A stretch of 64,000 bases of DNA, from the NCBI RefSeq assembly GCF_006345805.1, contig NC_042999.1, positions 92,752,001-92,816,000 on the forward strand. Direction: 5' to 3'. Below are positions 40,497-52,236 of the stretch, piece by piece; position 1 is the first letter of the stretch; each line of letters starts with the position of its first letter. The translations under genes and the position numbers were made by a program. A model generated the notes under the pieces. The model was not told the origin of the DNA. It did no database searches and saw only the letters and a list, made by a program, of their open reading frames with translations. The stretch comes from Octopus sinensis. Taxonomy: Eukaryota.

Positions 40497-40921
40497 GGTC
40501 TCAGATTTTGGCACAAGGCCAGCAAGTTCGGGGAAAGATGTTAAGTCGATTACATCGACCCCAGCACTCAACTGGTACCTATTTTACCGACCCGAGAGGA
40601 TGACAGGCAAAGTCAACCTCAATGGAATTTGAACTCAGACGGGTGAAATACCGCTCAGCATTTTGTCCATGGTAACAAAGCTACCAGCTAGCCTCTTTCT
40701 ATTTATATTAATAATGGTTTCAAATTTTGGCACAAGGCCTGCAAGTTCAACGTGGGGCGGGATAAGTCATTTACATTGACCCCAGTACTTATTTTATCGA
40801 CCCCAGAAGGATGAAAGGCAAAGTCAACCTCGACGGGATGTGAACTCAGAGCATAAAGACGGACGAAATGCCGCTAAGCATTTTGCCCGACATGCTAACG
40901 ATTCTGTAAACTCGCTGCCTT
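40497..40921 (-). mobile_element. Two tandem SINE family B copies sharing one target sequence
   Basis: Copies 40497-40697 and 40716-40921; TATTTATATTAATA at 40481, 40700 and 40924. Confidence 0.88.
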
Positions 40922-41345
40922 AATATTTATATTAATATTATTTCAAATAACGTACCAGTCCAGTGCTGGGGTAAATGGTATCAACCAACCTCTTCACCAA
41001 AAATTTCATGCCTTTTACCTACGCTATCACATTTATAACGGTGGTGGATTGGCTGATGATACAGACGGTCAGGAAAATGTTTTGCGATGTTTCTTCTGCC
41101 TCTTCACATTCTCACCGAGATCAATTTTGTCTTTTTCATCCTTTCGGGATATATATAATATAGCATCATTCAAGTATCGGGTTCTATGTAATTTATTAAC
41201 TCCTCCCTTCTAAATTCATGGTAGTTACCATTAAAATGCAGGGAAAGGTAGAGTCATTATAAATTCAGAATACATTTTTTGCGATTTTTAATGTTCCGAC
41301 TCTTAGAGTTCTCAGCTCGTTACCTAAATATTAGATATTGGCATT

Positions 41346-41755
41346 GGTTTCAAATTTTGACACAAAGCCAACAATTTTGGAGGAGGGGCTAATCTATTAC
41401 ATTGACTCTAATACTCAATTGGTACTTATTTTATTGGCCCTGGAAGGATGAAAAGCAAATTTGACCCTGGCAGCATTTGAACTCAGACAGTAAAGACGGA
41501 TGGAATGGCGCCCAGGATTTTGTCTTGCATGCTACGATTCTTTTCTGCTCTAGGCACAAGGGCTGAAATTTTGGGGGAGGGGCTAGTCGATTAGATTGAC
41601 CCCAGTACGCAACTAGTAATTAATTTATCGACCCTTAAAGGATGAAAAGCAAAGTTGACCTCGGCGGAATTTGAACTCAGAACGTAAAGACAGACGAAAT
41701 ATCGCTAAGCAAGCATTTCGCTCGGCGTGCTAACGATTCTGCCAGCTCGCAACCT
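41346..41755 (-). mobile_element. Two tandem/nested SINE family B copies
   Basis: Copies at about 41346-41540 and 41545-41755. Confidence 0.85.
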
Positions 41756-42613
41756 AAATGTTAAATAATAATATTAATTGCAAACAGAAAACGTCGAATT
41801 CATAACATCGTGATTAAATGCTTTACAAATGCAGTTTCATCCGAGATCATTTTTTGCACAATCTCGATGAAGTGGATTTTATTGTTTATCGATTAATAGT
41901 CGATAAGAAACCTATCAGTCAGGTACTAGAAACAGATCAATAAACTACACTCTGATCCAACATCTTTGTGGACTGTGAACACGAACAAAACAACTGAAAG
42001 AATAAAGTTAATCGATATTAATATTAGTAACTGCAGAAATTTATTAGAAATTGGAACACCTGGATAATGACCTTATAGTATATTGCTTGCAGCTATTAAT
42101 TTTGCAGAATTTTGTTTGTCGAAAATATCTCCCATATTTGTATTGTCATCTCACATAGCCAAGGAAAATAATTTTCGACTTGCAAAAAGCAGACTACCAG
42201 TGAAAGAAAATAAAACATTTGATAGTCAGGCTGATTACACCCTTATCGAGTGATCAGTAATCTTATCCTTTATTATTTCCCGATAAACAAAAAGTATATG
42301 GCATAGTAGTGAACTCTATTTTCTGTAGAGTTAAGCAGTTGAAAGAAAAGAAATTCCTGGGTAGTATATTGTTCGAATGTTGTTAGGTATATATTCATAA
42401 ATATAACAAAATAAGTACTCAAAGATAGCTAAACATTTACTAAAATATCTTGTTGTCCAGTCATGCAGCAAAGAATTATATATCCCGCCTGGAATTATTT
42501 TAATCCATACTCTACATTTTAGAAAAACCCAAACCATTGATTAAGTTGAGTGAACTATGATACTCAACTAAATAAGTCACTTTTCTGATTTCTGTTAAAT
42601 AATTTAAAAATAT

Positions 42614-42912
42614 AAAGTATAAAAGCCATCTCAATATGGCTAACCACAAAGTGGGGTTGTTACTGTAGCTTTTTAGCCCCAGGAGATCATCGTCTCCAGC
42701 TGGCTTTAGACACACTTTCTGTGCGCTTAAGGTATTTGCAAAGGGAGGCCATTCCTTTCTCGTAAGCCTGAGTGATACGCACCGGACCGGGCCTCCCTTT
42801 GCAAATACCTTAAGGACACAGAAAGTGTGTCTAAAGCCAGCTGGAGACGATGATCTCCTGGGGCTAAAAAGCTACAGTAACAGCCCCCTTATTGAGATGG
42901 CTTTTATACTTT
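42614..42912. repeat. Near-perfect long inverted repeat (fold-back)
   Basis: Arms 42614-42750 and 42790-42912 with a 39-nt spacer. Confidence 0.95.
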
Positions 42913-44379
42913 ACATTGTCGAGCGATTACTGTTTACATCTCGTTCTGAGATTTAATAATTTAAAAATATATCTGTAAGAAAAAAGAGAATTTTGGCTGG
43001 TCATTAGCCCATAATCAATTCTGACGGGGTTGAATTATGTTAAAAGCATTCCAGCTTTAATTATTTTTCATTTCTAAAAAGTGATAGGTTATAGTTTGAG
43101 GGTAATTTGACATTATTTTCTAGCATTTCAAGCGACCTCATAGAATATATCAGCGAACTTTCTCTGGTTTCAGCGAATGATATTTCAGGACATCAAGTTT
43201 ATCTCTATGTATTTGAATGTGTACCTTGAGTGTATTAATAATAGAAAATCTAGATGATAACGAATACTCAGAAGCTAGAAGCGGAAATGTAGGTTTTGTA
43301 TATCAGGTGCCATTTTTAGACATACAACTACATATGTTTACCGAATAAAAGTTTACTCGACATCTCTTCATTGGAAAAGCATGATTACTAAAGCGAAGAA
43401 ATTGAAATCCATGGGAATAGAGATATGCTAGTTTGCTTTGTTCTCCATAATATCTATTAAAATAAGACCAACGCTATAATGATATTAAGTATATAGATAG
43501 GCTTCTAACTAGTTGTACAGCCAGATAGACATAACATCAAACATACACTCCGATCCTGTCCTACTTATATATAAAGGACTACATTATCTAATTTGATTTT
43601 TAAAATTTAAAATGCAGAGCAATTTGGAAAGGATATTTTTTTTTGTGCGTGTGTGTATAATAGAGTATATATGTGCGTATGAAAGAGGGCTGGTGGTCTG
43701 GACGTGTGTGGGAATAGGTGTGTGGGTGGTGTGTTGCGATGTGATGTGTAATGTTGTATGGTGTAGTGTGGTGTGGTGTGATGTGGGGAGGTGGGGGAGG
43801 CAAGAGTGGGGAAAGCACGGGTGGGGTGTGATTTCGGCTGAGGTGTGGGTTAGAGTTGGGGTTTGTGGGTAGGCAGAGGGTGGGGGTAGAGGTGGGATAC
43901 GTGGAGAATGTGGGATGGGAAGGATAGGGAAGGTGGAGTAATGGTGGGTGGGTTTATGGGGGAAAGGTGGGTATGTGAGGAGAGAGAGGAGGAGAGAAGA
44001 AAGAAAGAGAGTAAGAGAGAAGATGAAGAGAGAAAGAGAGAAGAGAGGAAGAGAGGAAGAGGGAAGAGAGAAGGAGGGGAGAGAAAGAGAGAAAGAGAGT
44101 AAGAGAGAATAGGGAAAGAGAGTAGGGGTGAAGAGAAGTAGCAGTGACGAGGTAGGAGTGAAGAGAAGTAGGAGTGAAGAGAAGTAGGAGTTGGGGCAAG
44201 AGAGGAGAGTTGGGTGGGAAGAAGGAGGAGGGAGGGGAGTGAGAGGAGAGTAGGAGAGGGAGGGAGCAGAGAGAAAGAGAGAAGAGAGAAAGATAGTAGA
44301 AGAGGGAAAGAGAGTTGGGGTGAAAAGATGTAGGAGTGAAGGGAAGTAGGAGTCAGGGACGAGGTTAGATGAAAAGGAG

Positions 44380-46720
44380 AGGAGAGTTGAGCTCAAATGG
44401 CGTAAAACAACGAAGAGAGAAGATTAATCCCTGTCCACGGCGCAAACGGGAGTCCGGATGGCCTCTGTGCAAGGACAATCCGAACACAGACAGGTGTTGC
44501 AAGGAGTGACTGGTTGAGCGGAAATGGTGTGAGACTGGGGTGTCATTGCCAAGGCGGCGTCCCGTTTGTCCGATGTACAGGGAATGGTAGAGAGAGCGAT
44601 AGGGTCGATGATGGGTGCCGGTGAGGAGGGTGGTGTTGGAGAGGTAAGGGCAAGTGCGGAAGCGTGGGCGGGAGCTGGAGAACGTGCCAGGCTGGGAGGT
44701 AGGGTTGGGGAAGAAGCTGTGGACCAAGAGGTCTCGTAGGTTGTGGGCTCGTTTGAAGGAGGGGAGGGGTCGGTTAGGGAAGATGTGTGAATTGGACGGG
44801 TCGGACTGAAGATGCCGGAAAGCTCGGAGAATGGTGCGTTGGAGAGGTAGGGTGGTGGGGTGGTAGGTGAGGGGCAAAGAGAGGTGGGAAAATGCAGGGC
44901 GGGTTCGGGGAGAGAGCAGATGCACGGTCCACGGAACGTGCTCTGGCAAGGGCGGTGTGGATAGTGGTGAGGCGATACCCATATAGGATGGAGTGGTGAT
45001 CCATGAGTTGAGACTGAGTCTCAAAGTCATGGTCATCACTACAGAGCCTGCGTAGACGGAGGAATTCGGAATAGGGGATGGAAAGCTTGGTGTGTTTGGG
45101 GTGGGAGGAGAAGAAGTTTAGGTATGAGTGTGAGTCTGTGTGTTTGTGGTGGATGGAGGTCGTAAGAGTGCAGTGATGAATGCTGAGCGATATGTCAAGA
45201 AAGGAGACAGATGTGTCAGAGATAGTGCAGGAGAAGTGGCGGGCAGGATGGAAAAATTTGACGAAAGAGAGGAAGGAGTCTGGATGTTCGCGAGAGAGTG
45301 AGGTGGTACCGATACAGTCATCAATATAACGGCCATATAGTTCGGGAGTGGGACTAGTGAAACTAGAGAATATTTGGGCCTTAACATAGTTAACGAGCAG
45401 GTTCGCATAGTTGGGGCCCATTCTCGTTCCCATGGCCACTCCCGAGAATTGCTGGTAGAACTCGCCCGCGAACGAGAAGCAGTTGAGTGAGAGGAGAAGT
45501 TCGGCCAGACGAACGAGTGTGAAGGTGTCGGGTTGGGCATTGGGTCGGAGGTCTTGGAAGTGCTTAAGTGCACGCAGCCCCACGTGGTGAGGGATCACAG
45601 TGTAGAGGCTCTGGATGTCCATTGTAAAGAGAAGTATGAAGGAGCCAGGAGGGAAGGAGAAAGAGTTGAAAGGACGAAGAGCATGGTTGGTGTCATGGAT
45701 GTGAGAAGGAAGAGAAGCCACTAGGCGGGGGGCAAGGACACGGTCGAGATATTTGGAGATGAGCTCGGTGGGGCAGTTACAGGCGGAGACGATGGGGCGG
45801 CCAGGGTTGTTGGGTTTGTGAATTTTGGGGAGGAAGTAAATGGTGGGGTGCGGGGATTTCGGACAATGAGGTTAGATGCGGTGTGGGGGAGACGGGACGA
45901 GGAGATGAGGTCGTGGATGGTAGAGGAGATCGCCTGTTGGTAGCTGTAGATATAAGCACGAGTCTGAAATTCCTTACAAGATGGAGTGAGGGGAATGAAA
46001 CGCAGACCCCTACTGAGGATGGAGCGCTCCGCCACAGAGAGGGGAAGATCTGGGGGAATGGTAACAACAGACTGAAGTGGAAAAGGGTGGATGGAATAGA
46101 AGTAGGAGGGGTGGATATGATGGCGGTAAAAGGGTGGTAGGGCTGGTGGAAGGCTGGGGGGAAGGGAGTGGGGATGTGTGAGGGGGGTTTGGAGGGACAT
46201 TGAGGTTGGGTGTGGGTGGGTGGAGCCTATCAGGGAGGAAGATGGGTAGTAGAGGAGTTGGGGTAGTGGCATCGGCTGTGAGGGAATGGAGGAGTGAGTG
46301 GAGTTTACGAAGTTTGGTGCTGGCAAGAAATTGATGAAAGAGATGATTTAAATGAATTATATAACGCAACGTGTTGTGAGCATGGAAGGGCGACAGAGAG
46401 GAGAAAAAGATGGAAAAAGCAGGAGGGAGAAGGCGGTCGATGGTATGTATTTTAGAGAGATTGGAGCGAGTGGTGGCACGCATAAGGCGGTAAGATGTGG
46501 TACGGAGCATGGGCAGGATGGATGAAGCAGAATGGAGAGTGGGGTGTAAATGGAGGCGGAACCTTTAGGGATGAGGCGGTGATGTAAGCAGCGGCTGAGA
46601 AATGAAACGTGGCTAGAGAAGCGGTTTTTTTTTAATGAGTAAAGAGAGGTTAATGGACGGCTGAAAGCAGTTGGAAGGAAGTAAGCAAAGGTACGTTTTA
46701 GGCGATGGTGAAGAGTGAGG
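44380..46720 (-). pseudogene. PLE RT + GIY-YIG endonuclease ORF (frameshifts, stop, internal deletions)
   Basis: PKIHKPNNPGRPIVS region, LFTMDIQSLYTVIPH, YQQFSGVAMGTRMGPNYANL, YGRYIDD, VSFLD, SYLNFFSSHP, RPRFRTCPY, LYIGQTGRRL, PVSHHF, LRCFTPFELN. Confidence 0.93.
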
Positions 46721-47453
46721 AGGTAGGATTTATAGTCCGGAATGGTGGAATAACAAGGAGACAACAAAACAATAAAGGCAATTAAACGTGGAAAGCGAAC
46801 ATACAAAAGGTGTGAGAGAAAGAAGCACAAGCGTTTGAAGAAAGAAAAAAAATAATAAATAAAAAAATGAAAAAAAAAATGAAAATAATATAAATAAATG
46901 AATAAAAGAAAAGGGCGTGAGGAGAAGAAAAGAAAACATATGCAAGGTAGAAGAAAATAAAAGAAAATAAAAGCGATGAAGATGGAACAAATAGAAAGGG
47001 GGTAGATGAGGAGGTAAGAGAAAGGAAACGGAGGGAGAGGGGGCAAAATAACGGGTGCAAACTAGAGAAAACAGCGTAAGGACATCCAGAGAAGTAAGAG
47101 ACGACAGAAGGAAAGACCAAAAATTACAGAATGTATAAAATGACAAAAATTTACGTGAAGTCAAAGGTTTTTTAGACGTCGTGGTGTATTGCAAGGATTT
47201 CTCATCAAGAGTAGAGTCCACTGTGGTCCGTGTGTAGGAGATCTGCAGCCGGAGGAAGAGTATCGGTAAATGGTAGATGAAGAGTAGGTAAAGAGTCCAG
47301 TGGAGAAGTTCGTAGTGGTAAGAAATGATAGGATCAACGTGTGAGACCACGTGAGCGTGAGGGAGAGTTCACGAAACAAACAAAAGACGAAGGCAGGTGG
47401 TGTACAAAACAAACAGATGTATTAGTATAACGCTCAGGAATAGAAAAAAAAGT

Positions 47454-47489
47454 CTTTCACGTTTCGAGCCTACGCTTTTCTACAGAAAG
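47454..47489 (-). ncRNA. Minimal type I hammerhead fold in the PLE pLTR (A6U core variant)
   Basis: CTTT-CTGTAGA-A-AAGC-GTAG-GCTC-GAAAC-GT-G-AAAG; triplet is GUG in this copy. Confidence 0.7.
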
Positions 47490-47554
47490 GGACACAGAAA
47501 AAACAAGGAGAGAAACAAGGAGAGAAAAAAAAGTGTGTGTAGTGGCTAACATAC

Positions 47555-47788
47555 TACAGAGAACTGTTTTTATTTCACTTTTAACACGTAATACTGAAAT
47601 AGTGGAGAATATATGATATTGCTGGGGGCCCGCCCTAGGCAAGAAGTTAAATTTTTTTTGCCCATGACACAACATGGACCCTAAGTAAGGCATGTCTAAA
47701 GTTTGAATGAAATTGGTTGTGTAGTTCTCAAGTTTTAGGGATTTAGACAGACACACTGACACACATTCTCAGTTTTATATATAGAGAG
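47555..47788 (-). mobile_element. Non-autonomous Helitron-like 5' end
   Basis: Begins TCTATATATAAAACTGAGAATGTGTGTCAGTGTGTCTGTCT..ACAACCAATTTCATTCAAAC, a layout typical of invertebrate Helitron 5' ends. Confidence 0.6.
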
Positions 47789-49260
47789 ATAAGCGAAAAA
47801 GTAAATATTGATGAGATTTTAAATCGGTAACGTGTTGAGACAAAATTCCCCTTTGTAAGCTATTTTTGCCGCCAAAATTTATAATCCAGGATACGAAATA
47901 TGATAAAGAGGTAGCGGTTTAAGCTTTGTGTATAAAAGCATTTTAAACTTGGAGTCTTTTCGAACTCGTACGCACTTTATGAGGGGAAAGTATAGAAATA
48001 TTAACATATTTCTTCATTCGGCGAGTGCACGTAGGTAACTAGACTCAGATAACTGATTGAAATACATGATATGTGTTGTACTTTGTCGTCAGTAAAAAAC
48101 GATAAATGTTGTGAAAGTATAAGAAAATTACCAACAAGTGTTTTATACACTCAAATGACATTTATCAACATGAAATTTCATGTATCAAAGAAATAAGAGA
48201 GTGGCCCTGCATTAAGATTGTCGCTAAAAACGAAATTCCTTGCATTGAATATATAATACATAATGTGTGCTTAGATGATTTCAGCATTTTATTGACAGAA
48301 CTGAAGTATGCACTTTATAAATGCATGAATAATGCAATGCATTAGCGGGCTGCTTAACCATACTAAGAAGAGTTGCTTATAAACTATTTTCATTTAGTCT
48401 ACTGATATCGCTTCTGAGGGTTTCTAGACCTTACTACTACCAAAAGTCTATCGGACATTATATTCTCCTATTCTGTGTCCGATGAGGGACTGGTGGGGAG
48501 GTATGTTATACAGCGTTTAAGATTAAGGATAATAATTAATATTGTTTATGTCATTGTTTCGTTTCACGCCATCTGGAATTGGGCACAATTGCGATGAAAT
48601 GTCTCCAAGATGTATGTTAGCGATTGCACTGACCAAAGCAGTCTTTCCATTAGTAAAATGGTAAGGTGTGATTTGAAAGTTACATGATTGCTTTCAAGCA
48701 AATTAAAAGGCAGCATTGAAGTTGCTATAGTTTTCTTATTTTTTTCTTTTTATTATTCGCAAGAATCGAAATGTTCCGCTTATTATAAACCATACGTTAA
48801 AACCTTATGGTATACGTATTTCGATTTTAAATTGTTCCACAGATACTTCTCTCAGCGTTATTATCGATCATATGAAAAAAAAACAGCTTCAATAGTTTCT
48901 CTCTATTTTTCTAAACATATATAACATGCCTTTAAGAGTTGCCCTCTGAAATGAAACAGTAAAAGAACTCGAACCATATCAGTTTTTTCACCAGTTGGCA
49001 TTAAATACAAGATCTACGCATAAGAGTATTATCTTTGCAGGATGGAGTACACATATTAGACATTCAGAAATAAACACAAACACACACACATACATACATA
49101 CGTCTGTCTGTCTGCCTCTGTCTGTCTGTCTCTGTCTGTCTGTCTCTCTATGTATGTATATATCTATATATATATATATGTGTATGTATGTATGTATGCA
49201 TGTATGTATGTATGTATGTATGTATGTATGTGTGTATGTATGTATCTATCTCTCTATCTA

Positions 49261-49326
<66 letters not shown>

Positions 49327-49357
49327 ATATATGTATGTATGTATATATCTAACAAAA

Positions 49358-50209
49358 AAAAAGCGCTACCCGTTCGGGACAAGCTCTAGAGGCATGACTC
49401 GAGAAACACGGGTCCGACCTGCCCGAGATGCAGGCAGAGCAACGAAACTGTTCTGCGGGCAATCGTGGAGTGTCGAACAATCTCCGACCTGTGGGCTTCT
49501 GTCGAACGACTGCTGTCACATGTGGAACGTGTCGGTTTATCAGCTGAGTCTATCGTTAACATCGTCACGCCTCCTTCCTTCAAACGGGAAGGAAGAGCTA
49601 TTTTTATCATACTTGTGGCTATGGCGAAAGAATGTATCTGGCGGACGCGCCTGAAAGGATTAAAGACAAACACTTTCCTCTCTGGTCAATCTCTCAACTT
49701 CTTCAAGTATCACTTGAAAAGGAAAGTGAGAGTAGAGAGGTAAGTTTTGTCTAGCGAATGTTTAAAAAAAGTTGGGTGAATGTAGCAAGGATGGCACGTA
49801 TAAATGACAAAGCCACCTTGACTATGATCCTATGAACCGTAAAAATCAATACAGAGAGTTGCTTATTTGTAAAAAGAAATATATAACATGTGACTTCATT
49901 GACCGAGGTTACCGTGGTCTTTTCCGTAGGCTTTTCTTTCCACGGGTAAACCGCACATGTCCTCCCCATTACACTTTATATTGACATTTCTGTGATAACG
50001 ATCCCTATTGATCGATTTTTTCTTTTTCCTTTTATTTCATTCCCGCCCTTTTTTCTTTTTTTCTTTTTTTTTGCCTTCCTCTTTCTTTCTTTTTACGATC
50101 CCTTTTGATCGAAAACCAAACCCCCATTTTTTATCCCCAAAATAAAAGTTCTACCTTGTAATTTGTCCCGTCTTTGTGCAGCCCTGTGTGGCTAATAAAG
50201 AAGCATATC
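49358..50209 (+). mobile_element. L1/Tx1 LINE 3' end, 5'-truncated, 12-bp TSD
   Basis: CPRCRQSNETVLRAIVEC zinc-finger-like region, AKECIWRTR; 3' GCCCTGTGTGGCTAATAAAGAAG; TSD TATCTAACAAAA at 49346-49357 and 50210-50221. Confidence 0.88.
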
Positions 50210-50293
50210 TATCTAACAAAAGAGGTATATTTCTAAGCAGGAAAACATAGGAAAATTTGTTGTTGAAAAATCACTTATTGAAAAACTTGTAAT

Positions 50294-52168
50294 TGTTTTT
50301 AAATAAATTTATTTACATACATACCAAATTAGTTTCAACAATATTTTTCGTTTATAAATTGTAAAAACTTAAAATTCTTAATTAAAAAAGCATGTTTAAA
50401 AGTTTTAATGTTTAGAAGTTTCAATAATACCAAATATGCTTTAAATGTTCATAACATTCAATAATATAAAAAAATATGGACCATCTTTTTTAGAACACTA
50501 AATTCAATAGTATTAGAAATGATTGAGAGGAAATGTGGATCAACAAAGCTTCGGTAATACTGAGTCAAGATTCAATAATATCAAATATGATTTAAATGTT
50601 CATAACATTCAATAATATAAAAAAATATGGACCATCTTTTTTAGAACACTAAATTCAATAGTATTAGAAGTGATTGAGAGGAAATGTGGATCAACAAAGC
50701 TTCGGTAATACTGAGTCAAGATTCAATAATATCAAATATGATTTAAATGTTCAAAACATTCAATAATGCAAAAAAACCGATCATCTTGTTTAAATGTACA
50801 AAATTCAATAGTGTTAGAAGTGATTGATAAGAAGTGTGGATCACCAAAGTTTCGGTCTTACTGGGTTAAGTGGGAATAAAACAAGGGAGAAATGAAGATA
50901 GTAATAATAGGGTTTTGTTTACTGTCTCTGTGGTTCGTGCGCAGGGACTTTAGCTTGTAACGACGTTTTTTCGGAATCCGGTGTATTTATAATTTTTTCC
51001 CGTGAACGGATCTGATTTTTGATTCGTTAAAGTACTGGTGACGTCTTATTTTTCTGGTGGTCAAGTTTGTTATTCTGCCTGGTTGGCTTCCCTGTGGGAA
51101 CGTCATCAGCCGTTGATTCTCTTAAAGGGTTATTTTGTTGTATTTGCTGAAATTCGGTTTTGATCGAAGGTAAAATTTCATTGGTCTAGAGTTATATGAC
51201 GTCAGCAACTGGTGGTATATGGTGATTTGGAGTTGCGGTTTCGAAACTCGCGTGGAAAACTGTTACTAAATCTTTTTGAGTTATGTCTCTAGTATCTGGT
51301 TGTTTTTTGTGGAGAAATAGGATCTTTTTCCTTTTTATCTTTAGTGTATTTTCTTCTTTCTAAAGGATATTAAGTTGTCATTGATATTTTTTAAATGAGC
51401 ATGTTTTCCTTATTCAAACGGAATTGGGTTCAAAGGATTTGAAATTAAAAAAAAAACAGTTGCAGAACAATGAAATTTTAGTTCTGATCAAAACCGAACT
51501 TCAGCAAGTACAATAAAATGACTCTTTAAGAGAATCAACTGTTCGCCAGAAGGAAGCCAACCAGACAGAACGACTAACTTGACCACCAGAAAAATAAGAC
51601 GTCACCAGCACTGTATCGAATCAAAAATCAGATCCGTTCACGCAAAAAAATATAAATACACCGGATCCTCCCCATCCCCCAAAATGCCCTTACAAGCGAA
51701 AGTCCTTGCAGACGAAGGGAAAAAATTCATAGAAACTGTAAACAAAACTCTTTTTTTACTATCTTCATTTCTCCTCTTTTTCTCTCCCTCTTAACCCAGT
51801 ATGACTGAACCTTTGGTGATCCATATTTCTTATCGATCACTTCTAGCACTATTAAATTTTGTACATTTAAACAAGATGATCCACATTTTTTTATAGTATT
51901 GAATGTTTTGAACATTTAAATCATATTTGACATTGAATCTTGAGTCAGTATGACCGAAGCTTTGATTATTCTCATTTCTTATTTAGCACTTCTAACAGTA
52001 TTGAATTTTGTGACATTTTTATATTATTGAATGTTATGGACATTTAAATCATATCTGAAAACTTTAAACATATTTTTCTAATTCATAATTTTAAATTTTT
52101 TCATTGATAAACAAAAAATATTATTGAAACTAGTTTGGTATGTATGTAATTAAATTTATTTAAAAACA
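50294..52168. mobile_element. Two diverged head-to-head copies of a LINE-like 3' end with tandem subrepeats
   Basis: 50294-51190 (-) is the inverse of 51462-52168 (+); ITQKDLVTVF and TELQQ-QNN remnants resemble a post-RT LINE region. Confidence 0.7.
50420..50868. repeat. 151-bp tandem repeat, three units
   Basis: Unit starts at 50420, 50571 and 50722; the first two are nearly identical. Confidence 0.92.
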
Positions 52169-52186
52169 CACACACACATATACGTG

Positions 52187-52236
<50 letters not shown>

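Larger units (their letters stand above)
43600..47550 (-). mobile_element. Penelope-like element, Neptune-type, near full length but decayed
   Basis: 5' pLTR with hammerhead; N-terminal SHVSFLSRCLHHRLIPKG; LSRGLRFIP; RT; Cys-linker remnant; GIY-YIG; pyrimidine-rich 3' region. Confidence 0.93.

Noticed and set aside
43584-44396. 270-aa S/L/P-rich ORF, and the F-rich ORFs at 46357-47350
   Set aside because: Stop-poor frames caused by pyrimidine-rich PLE untranslated sequence; only about 46400-46720 carries real PLE N-terminal motifs.
50420-50868. Regularly spaced repeats resembling a CRISPR array
   Set aside because: Whole 151-bp units repeat with no unique spacers, there are no cas genes, and the context is eukaryotic.
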